Notes under the pieces: generated by a model
Databases searched by the model: none
Told to the model about the DNA's origin: nothing
What the model saw: only the letters and a program-made list of their open reading frames with translations
NCBI RefSeq assembly: GCF_011386835.1
Contig: NC_088800.1
Coordinates: 81,406,001 to 81,470,000, forward strand
DNA length: 64,000 bases
Direction: 5' to 3'
Source of the DNA: Chrysemys picta bellii
Lineage: Eukaryota
Position numbers and translations under genes: made by a program
Part shown: positions 55,047-64,000 of the stretch, in pieces
Layout of the letters: the number at the start of each line of letters is the position of its first letter
How positions within the stretch are numbered: the stretch's first letter is position 1

Positions 55047-58000
55047 AAAGACTTTTAATAACAAAAAAAAATATTTTTATGGTTCCTCTTCCCAAGGACC
55101 CTATGGCAAATGCACAATTATTCAGAATTACATTTTACTGTTTTCACATTGAAAACAGTGAATGTCTGTTAGTTTTTTATATATATATGTATGTAATCAA
55201 CCAGCAGCTTTGGAAAAATCGTCCTGGTACAAGTGTTTAGCAGCATTGCAGAAATGCTGCTAGTGAACTGTTTAGCATTTGTACCTACTTTTCGTGCTCC
55301 ACCAACATCACTGCTTGATACCTTTATACCAGGCAAAACGAAAACAACAACAAAAAGAACAGTGGCTGTCCTACAACTTTGAAACGTTCAAGTGAAATAA
55401 CTTAAGGCTTGTGTGCCAAAGTGTGTGCGTGTCTGTGTGTGGGGAGGTTTTTTTAAGACATTTTAAAAGTTGGCATCAGTTGTATATTTAATATGATACT
55501 CTATGCGTGCAGGGCTTTTGTGAGACAACTTACCTTGCCTTTTTCTGGCTGTTTTATTTAAAAAAAAAAAAAAGCTATTAAGAACAGGGAGATTTGTACC
55601 AACAGAGCAAATCATTTTTAAAGAATGTTTGCCACTTGCAATCAAAAAGCAAAGCCCTTCACTTATGGAGTGTGAAGTTGTTTTTTTAACTAACTTTTTT
55701 CCTTTTCACAGTGTCCGTATTGTATTTTGCAGAGGCTGAGTTGATAGGTTAAGCCTTAATGGGAAAGCATTCAGGTCTCAGTGGGCTCACTTTGTATATT
55801 CCACATTGGGGACTTGGTTTATTTTGCTTAAAAAAAGGAACCGGTTTAATTTGCTCGGTGACATAATAGTCAAAGTCCTGTGGCCCTATTTATCCTAGCT
55901 GTAAACCCATGTTCAAGACACATTTGGGAAAAGTTGCCTAACCAGGCAAAGAGTAGGTTTCCATCTTAAAGGTTAGATGGGAAACCACCTGGTGTATTAA
56001 AAAAGGTGAAGGATGAGGGAACTTAACTTCTTGTAGGTCTTGATGGACAGCAACAATGGAGTTAAAAAATGGCTAGAAGACAAATGCTGAAATGATCTCC
56101 GATAACAGCCAGAGGACAGGGTGGGTGAGAGAGGTGTCTTGTCTAGGTCCACTATTCTGATGACACAATGACTTGAATAAGGCACCTTGGCAGTACAGGG
56201 GCTGCTGGCTCACTCCTGTGTACTGTGAGGGGTTTGTCTTATTTCGGAAAAGGCGGTTGTGGCCACAAAATATGAATGGAGCATTTTTCTCTGTTTTCCA
56301 AACTAAAACTGATCAGGCCCATCTGCGGTGACGCCTCCTTAGACCCTTTTAACAAAAATGAAATGTGCAAATACTTTTAATCTGTTAGTGGTTTCTGTGC
56401 CTCTGGAGCGGTGTGCAATATTGTCACTGATACCCAACCCATCACGATGACATTTTTGTGACAATTATGGTTAGGCTTTAACTTTAAACATTGTGGTGGC
56501 CACATGCAGAAACCGGGTTGCAGGAGGTCCCTTGGGTCATCTTATAATCAGGAAGCTCTCCTAATGTGTTCCCTAAACCACTGAGACTTGATGTTTTTGA
56601 GAGGGATTTGGGACAGAAGGGGCTCTTCCCCCTCACATAAAGCATATTTCAGCTGAAATCCAAAAGTTGCAAAGGAATGAATTTTTTTTTAAAAGGATTG
56701 TCTTACATTCAGAAAAGGAGAAGCTTTTATTCTCTAAAGCCTTGATTTGCTTGGGTTTTTTTTCTTCTGAAACTGTTTAAGCTAAGAGGAAATACTCTTA
56801 ATTATATTGCATTGTGGTGAAAGAAAACTAACAAGGTGAGACTTCTTGGGGAGAGTAAGTGGGAGGGTGGGTCTTTGAGTCTTGTGAAAGTTTAAAAAAA
56901 AAAACACCCTAACGTGGGTGCAGAGTCTGAGTATATTTATGATTAATTGTGGAACAGGGACTGGGAGAAGTATTTTGCAGAGCTATCAACGTCCAAATTA
57001 AAAAGAAATGTATTTTAAGGACCGCTTGTTTGTGTGTTTGTAAATCAAAGCAATTCTTGTTTTATAGGAACAGCAAGTTGCATCTTGCTGATCAAGCTTT
57101 ATGGCTGGAGAATCCAATAAGCCACTGATTGTCTGAAGTGAATTACCCTGGCTTTAATTGGAATAGGATGGCAAGCAGAAAATAAGCTAACAATCAAATT
57201 ATCATAGTGAGAAAGTTCTCTTTAAAACTCTTCCCTATTGTTAGCTTTATATAGAGCTTCTAAGTACCTGCACCTAAGCCCCCTCCTTTCTGGGCTTCTT
57301 TCTCAAAGCAACAATGGCTGACTGGCAGTGAAAAGTCTGCTGACTCCTCCCAAACACAGTGGTCCAGGCCTTAAAGATACAGTACTGACAGCACACTTCT
57401 TACAGCTCCACACATCAAACCTGGAACATGGCCACTACAGGAAAATTAGCTGTGGTTAGTTTACATATCTTGCTGTTCTGGCTTATATATATATATATAT
57501 TTTTTTTTCCTTTCCTGGAAAGCCTGGAAGGTTTTTTGTGTGGCTTAGGAATGGAGTCATGTTTGCTGACTAGTATAACCGTATCAATCTGTTTGCATTT
57601 GCTGTTTCTTTAGTGGTTGTGGGGAGAGGTGCTAACAGATTGTCTTCTTGGAGCCATGGTCACTTTCGGACAAATGCTGGTTTTCCCCCCACCATGGCAT
57701 CTTGTTTAAAGTTTCAGAGCTTTGTGACTAAATCCAAATGTTAATGGGATACCATCTAAACCCTTAGCAGTTAAAAAAGACTTAATTTTAATGCATTTAC
57801 AATCAGGCTAGTTCTCATATAGCCATATCCTATTGGAGTTCAGCTATGTCGTTTGAAGGACACATCTGACAATGGGCTACTTATACACATGGGGGTTAAT
57901 GTTTGGCCAGTCTAAATCTAAATGGGCCTAGTATTGTAAGCAACAATCGAACTAGTTACATTTGTAACCAACTTTCCTGGCATGCTCAGTCTGTACTTTT

Positions 58001-59039
58001 GCTACAGGTTCTGTCTTTATGGTAATTACAGCCAGAGTATATATTTTGACCTTGGTGCATGAGGAAAGGAGGTAGGATTTGTTACCATTTTGTGGCATTC
58101 CCCCAATAGATAATACAGAATCAACTTTTTTCCTCTAGTAACCATCAGTGTTAGTCTGTATAAAAAGCACGTTCCTCTTTGCTAGACTAGGGTAAGAAGA
58201 GTTTTGTGGAGTGGCTTTGATGTATCTGCTTAAGTGCTAATTATTTAAATGCTCCGTCTGTTCTTTTATCTACTGTGCAAATGAAAAATCACCACTGCTT
58301 TATATAATCAACCTAAGTGGCTATTTCTCTTGTCTGAAAATAATCGGTGGACAGGATCGCAGAGCCCTTGAAGCTAACGGCATGGCAAACGGAACAATGC
58401 AGCTAAGGAAATCAGCCTGCACATTAAAAGGAAGAACCCCTGCAGAAGCCTGAGCTTTCTGCTTGATAAGAATGTGGGAAACTTCTGGTTTAGCAAGGGT
58501 GGGTGGTGGGGGGGGACGTGCTACGCGGACGACTCGTGCAAGGCAATCTAAAATGCTGCCCCAGCCTTTTCCCTTGGCAATGTCTAACAGGAATGGCCCT
58601 GATGGCAGAGCTGGAGCAGGAGTCCTGCCTCGTTTGTCTGTCCACAGTCTTCCTGGTGGACTGTGCAGTCTCTGAAGTGGGGGCTAAGACCAGGCCTCCT
58701 CCTATTACAGTGCAGGGGGGAGGGTTGCCACATAGAAACTAGTTACAAACTCTTTCTGTCCCTGGCAGAGGGCAGCAGCTCGTGGGCAGGGGGACGTGGG
58801 GGCAGCTACTGCCAGGGGCCGGCTGCTGCCCCTTCCCCCCACAGCAGCTGCACCCATGCCTGAGCTGGCAGGGTGATTGCTGGGACCAGCCCTGGCTGGG
58901 CGCTGCAGGAGCAGGGCCAGCCCCGGGGCGCTTCTGGAGGGAGGGAGCCAGGCCGGTCCGAGAGACCCAGCGTTTTGCAGACACGGCAGGGGCCAGCTCC
59001 CTCTGCCCACTGTGCGGGGTGGGGTGGGGGGGACCTTTG

Positions 59040-59275
59040 TGCTCCCGGAACCCTTGCAGCGGGGGTCGGCACGTTGCGTGTCCCGGCCGGACTGGAACTC
59101 GAGTGCACCGGCCGCCACCCCGTCACGCCGAGGGGGTGATTAGTGCGACGGACGAGCCGGCGGCAGCTTCCGGGCGAGGAGCCGGGGTGGCTTGAAGGCG
59201 GCGCATTAGGCCTCTGGCGCCCGCTTCGGAGCCCCCCAGAGCGCGGCTGCGCCCCCGCCCCCGCCCGCCGGCGCC
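59040..59275 (+). promoter_or_regulatory. DRG2 CpG island / promoter and 5'UTR
   Basis: High CpG density, GC boxes (CCCCGCCCCC) and Kozak GCGCCATGG at the DRG2 start. Confidence 0.65.
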
Positions 59276-62200
59276 ATGGGCATCCTGGAGAAGATCTCGG
59301 AGATCGAGAAGGAGATCGCGCGCACCCAGAAGAACAAAGGTCAGGGGCTGCCCGGCCGCGGGCGCTGGGGAGGGCTCGCCCCGTCCGTCCGTCTGTCTGT
59401 CGGGGGGCTGGCAGCGGGGAGCGGGGCTCGCCCTGTCCGTCCGTGTGTCGGGGGGCTGGGCTCGCCCCGTCCGTCTGTCGGGGGGCTGGCAGCGGGGGGC
59501 TGGGCTCGCCCCGTCTGTCCGTCTGTCTGTCGGGGGTCTGGGCTCGCCCCGTCCGTCTGTCGGGGGGCTGGGAGCGGGGCTCGCCCCGTCTGTCGGGGGG
59601 CGGGGAGCGGGGGGCGGGGCTCGCCCCGTCTGTCGGGGGGCTGGGCTCGCTCTGTCTGTCTGTCGGGGGGCTGGCAGCGGGGTGGAGGAGAAGCGGGTGG
59701 CAATTCTGTCAGCGCCTTCCCTTACACTGATTTTTTTCGTCCTTTTGGGGGCTCCATTTGCACCCCAGAGAATTGGCTGGATGCCTTTATACTCCCCTAC
59801 AGGGTGCCATATTGGTGCAAACTAATGCAACTCGCACCTCATGGGTGGTTTATACCCGTGTCCTGATAGGCCGTTGGGAACAGATTAAATGTAAAGACAT
59901 AACTTACACCACAAGAAGTGAGTCTATAATAACTAAATAAAGGGGGGGAGAAAACACAAAACCTTGTTGTTTGCTCTCCCTGGGAATCCTGTCCCTTCTC
60001 TATCAGAATGGACACTCTTAAGGCAGGAGCTACCTTTATTTCAGTGTCAAGTATCCGGGAATAGCCCTGTTAGTCTGTATCCACAAAAACAACAAGGAGT
60101 CTGGTGGCACCTTAAAGATTAACAGATTTATTTGGGCATTTATTTCAGTGTTTTGTGCCACATCAAGCATAAAGAGCAAATAGTTAAAAACACCAAACTT
60201 GATCTACAATGTTAATTTGTAGTAATGTCCTAGTTGCTGCAATTCCTAAACTAGAAACAAATCACTTGAACTAATAGGGAAATAGGATGCTATTGCCGGC
60301 TATTTGGTTACTAACTGTTCTTTCTGTTTTGTTTAAGCTACCGAGTACCATCTTGGCCTACTGAAGGCAAAGCTTGCAAAGTACAGAGCTCAGCTACTAG
60401 AACCCTCCAAATCTGCTGCTGCTAAAGGAGAGGGTTTTGATGTGATGAAATCTGGAGATGCCCGAGTGGCACTGATTGGCTTTCCCTCTGTGGGTAAGGT
60501 CAGTGACTATCAGAGTTGACTCTAGCACGTGCAGTTCCTAAGTTTGTTTTCAGTCTTTTGAAATATGCTTGTGTTATCTGACCACTCATGTTTCTGACTT
60601 TTTATGTATTTCCGCAACTTAAGTGTGTGTTTGCCAAAAATTAATGGAAATAATGTTGCTCACACACCCAGACCTGAAGGCTAAAACTGGGGAAAGTCTT
60701 TCATCATTCTTGTATGCAAAGCACACTTGGTGCATCCCCAAACCTTTCGTTTGTTCCCATCTGACAGCAACACCACGATGAAAGGTTTGTAAGAGCAGTC
60801 TGGTAACTGACATTCAAGAGAACATGCCAAGTATCCCACTTCACCTCTAAAACTCCCATGCCCGGCATAGCAAGAGCACATGGTTGTTAAAACGACAGTT
60901 GTTTTCTCCCCATGCCTGTTCAGCAGTCATTGATGTGCATTGTTTCCATGTATCTTTATATATTCAACGGTGCTGTCATTTGTTTATATATTTCACGTTA
61001 TGAAATATATTGCCTTTCAGTCCACATTTCTGAGCTTAATGACCTCCACAGCCAGTGAAGCTGCCTCGTATGAATTCACAACGCTGACGTGTATTCCAGG
61101 TGTCATAGAAGTAAGTGTGATTCAGATGGATTCTACCTTGTAAGTAAGGCTGCGAGTTTGTCACAGAAGTCACAGATTCCGTGACTTTCTGTGACTTCTG
61201 CAGCGGCTGGTGGGCCTGGCCTGGGGGCTTCTTGTGCAGCCCAGGCAGTCTTTGGGCCAGTCTCGGGCCACCGCCTTTTCTTCTCCCTGCAGCAGCAGGA
61301 GTTTGGGTGTGGAAGGGGGCAGAGGGTTGGGGCATGGGACAGGATGAGGGCTCTGGGTGACACTTACCTTGAGGGAGCTCCCCGGAATATCCCTCTCCCT
61401 CAGCTCCTAGGGAGAGGCGTGGCCAGGCAGCTCTGCGTGCAACCTCTGCTTGCAGGCACCGACCCCGCAGCGCCTATTGGTCACGGTTCCAAGATTTAGT
61501 CAGGGGTATATAGTACAAGTCATGGACAGGTCATGGGCCATGAATTTTTATTTACTGCCCCTGACCTGTCCATGACTTTTACTAAAAATACCCGTGACTA
61601 AAACATAGTCTCAATCATAAGCCGTTAGCAAAAGACCCGCAACTTAGTATGTAGGGACGTGCTATTCCTGACGTGTGTATTCTAATTACATGTATGGTAG
61701 GGCTCAGAACCAGCTGTATCCAAAGGTCCCTGCTTCCCAGCTGATTTCTGTTTTGAACTCTTGGAAGGTCTCAAGCATTTACTGTTAGGTCTGTGGAGCC
61801 TGGCACTTCTATAGGCAGCATTGCTCCTCTGACTAAATGCACTGGGGACCTGACTCTGCATTTAGGGGGGGGCGGGCAATAAGATAATTCTTAACTGAAT
61901 TTTTTTTTTTTATAACAGTTTTTGGCACCATTGACCAGATGGCTGGAAACCTTGACAGATTTGTTTTTAATGAAGCTTCAAAATAGGCAATCTGTGCAGT
62001 GATCAATTTGGAAAGCAAATAGGACAACTCCTATCCTTGGAGTTTTTGCTGTCTGTGCCCTGTACATCCATCAGTAAAGCAAATTATAAAAGGCACCAAA
62101 GTGAAAAGCCTCCTAGTATAATGTGAAATTTTGGGGTCAAAATTCAGGCTGAGTGAAAATAATTAAAACAAACACATTGATGTCAAAACAAGCATAAATA

Positions 62201-63125
62201 TTGTAACAAATCTGAGGCCATCTGCAACTTCATTGTACTGCACAATGTTGTCATTTGAAACGTTTCTGTAGTAGCAGGAATGGAACTCTCATCCTCCTGC
62301 TCCATAAGCAAGTGACCTTCACCGCTTGAGTTAAAGGAGATTCTCTGTTAACAGTAGTAATATTATGCCTATGACGCACAGCTGAGTAATTCTGAATCCA
62401 GCCATGAGAAGCGGTGTTTGCACTTCTCATTACAATATTTCACCTGTTGGACCAGATAAGAAACTTATTACTCGTATGGACAAGTTTCTTTGGTGAACGG
62501 AGGACCAAAATAATAATAATAATTAATGGAGATATCCCATCTCCTAGAACTGGAAGGGACCTTGAAAGGTCATTGAGTCCAGCCCCCTGCCTTCACTAGC
62601 AGGACCAAGTACTGATTTTGCCCCAGATTCCCCCCTCAAGGATTGAACCCACAACCCTGGGCTTAGCAGGCCAATGCTCAAACCACTGAGCTATCCCTCC
62701 CCCCCCCCCCCCCCCCATAATACAGCCATGGTGTGCTCTAGTCTTGTCGTTTTGTAGTCAAACCAAGATGGTCTAGAATTTTAGTAGCTTTGGCCATAAA
62801 CTGCTGCAGTCAAATATATCTTGAGGTGGAAGAGGAATTTTCAGAAAGTTAGTGAAACAGCTTCATGGTAAAAAAACTGCAAATTGTTTCCAGCTCAATG
62901 GGATGCTGAATTTACTGGGCCGGATTTTGCCCTGTGCTGCCCCATTGGTTTCCGAATTTGGCCTCTGTTTACAGTACACTGAGTGCCTAGCTGGCGTTAG
63001 GAAAGCCGTTTCAAAGGTTTGGTGCGGCTCCTCATCATTTTCCACCTTTCTGATTATCTTGCAGTACAAAGGAGCAAACATTCAGCTTTTGGATTTGCCT
63101 GGAATCATCGAAGGAGCCGCACAAG
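59276..63125 (+). CDS. DRG2: Developmentally regulated GTP-binding protein 2, exons 1-4 (3' partial)
   Basis: join(59276..59339,60338..60498,61021..61110,63065..63125). Translation: [42 protein letters not shown]...G1 GFPSVGKS...G2 YEFTTLT...G3 DLPG. The gene continues beyond the window. Confidence 0.95.
59372..59675. repeat. G-rich minisatellite at the 5' end of DRG2 intron 1
   Basis: Units such as GGGGGGCTGGGCTCGCCCCGTCCGTCTGTC repeated about 7-8 times. Confidence 0.88.
60062..60140 (+). mobile_element. Penelope-like terminal fragment (same family as 34290)
   Basis: TAGCCCTGTTAGTCTGTATCCACAAAAACAACAAGGAGTCTGGTGGCACCTTAAAGATTAACAGATTTATTTG. Confidence 0.6.
61145..61613. mobile_element. DNA-transposon-like MITE
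   Basis: Imperfect TIRs TAAGGCTGCGAGTTTGTCAC / GTGACTAAAACATAGTCTCA and internal GTCACAGA/GTCATGGA subterminal repeats. The TSD is weak (CTTGTAAG / ATCATAAG). Confidence 0.6.
62541..62700 (-). mobile_element. tRNA-derived Pol III SINE with CR1 3' tail (tortoise Pol III/SINE type)
   Basis: The minus strand reads GGAGGGATAGCTCAGTGGTTTGAGCATTGG (A box) ... GGGTTCAATCC (B box) ... GACTCAATGACCTTTCAAGGTCCCTTCCAGTTCTAGGAG (CR1-type tail). Confidence 0.85.
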
Positions 63126-64000
63126 GTTGGTTAACTCTTACATTCATTTACATTGCGCTCAGCACTGGGTGGAGTTTCTAAATGGTACCAGCCTTGCCAG
63201 CCTGGTCATGTATTGTGTGAACACCTTAGACTTAAAACCCGAGGTCCTGAATGTGGGGGACAATTGTAAGAGGGTCCCTGAATTATGTAAAGGCATGTTA
63301 TGTTGTAGGAGATGCTTGTTCTGGAGATGGGAAGCAGAAGTAAGCAAATCTCCCTATTCAGGGGGAGTCTTGGCCTTGCTTATCTGCTTTTCTGGTACAA
63401 GGGGAGGTCTTTGGTGTTGGTCACTAGAGAAAGAAACTGGAGATGTGCGGGAGGAGGGTTAAGCAAGGCAAGAAATATTGTTCAGCTACGATCACCTGGG
63501 TGTTTCTGAGAGTTCTGATGTGGCTCCTTGACTTGGGAGCCAGGAATTCTTTCCTCTTGCTTCATCTGCCAGTCGCTCAGCTGTGACGAGAGGCATCTTG
63601 TGAGGTTCCTAGGAGTCTTCTGATGTTTCATTCTGAGCACAGTGTAGTTTGGTTAATAAACATCTCCTTTCACTTCTGATCAGAAAGTGTGTCTAGCTGA
63701 TTTGAACTGGGATCTCGGGGTTTTCCTCTTCGCTATTCTGGGTATCCTCACTTCAGTGCAGGAGAGAGAGAGAACTGCACACACACTGCTTCTTGGAAAG
63801 AAGGCAGTCTGATGGGATTGCAATGCTTCTCCACTGTCTGCTAGCAGAGGGAGTGCCTGCTCATCAAAAACTGCATGCCTCTCATGCTACAGACTGAGTG
63901 GGTCACATCCCAGCCCCATGCAACCAGGGGGAATGGATCCTGCGGTTGCTTAGAGCCAAGTCCCTTGTGTGTCTGTGTAGTGCTTTCTGTTGGACTGGCC

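Noticed and set aside
58700-59866. Cluster of overlapping 100-196 aa ORFs
   Set aside because: Stop-codon scarcity in GC-rich promoter and minisatellite DNA. Only 59276-59339 is coding.
62635-62700. tRNA-like sequence as a tRNA gene
   Set aside because: It is fused to a CR1-type tail, degenerate and multicopy in the window, so it is a SINE head.
63200-63790. Possible LTR or additional DRG2 exon
   Set aside because: No sequence for the expected next exon (G-R/K-G-R-G-R-Q-V-I-A-V) and no defined termini or TSD.

Overview
Vertebrate genomic DNA, very probably a turtle: it carries tRNA-head/CR1-tail Pol III SINEs plus hAT, Harbinger and Penelope-like repeats of chelonian type. The window holds a five-gene block in the same order as human 17p11.2 (Smith-Magenis region, order recalled from knowledge): TOM1L2 (-, first coding exon only), DRC3/LRRC48 (+, complete, 12 coding exons, 523 aa), ATPAF2 (-, complete, 8 exons, 288 aa), GID4 (+, complete, 6 exons, 218 aa) and DRG2 (+, exons 1-4). 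There are two head-to-head promoters (TOM1L2/DRC3 and ATPAF2/GID4). All exon boundaries were read by hand and keep frame. Nearly all ORFs in the supplied track are artefacts. I cannot support a wholly new biological system. The best leads are: two AT-AC minor-spliceosome introns in DRC3; a possible upstream exon giving an overlapping out-of-frame ORF on ATPAF2; an in-frame upstream ATG of GID4 cut by a TGA; a decayed copy of the GID4 exon-1 donor; half-hammerhead remnants in Penelope-like palindromes; nested transposon insertions with intact target-site duplications (TSDs); and ancient LF-SINE/AmnSINE1 copies. Repeat-family names and human protein comparisons come from recall, not from database searches.
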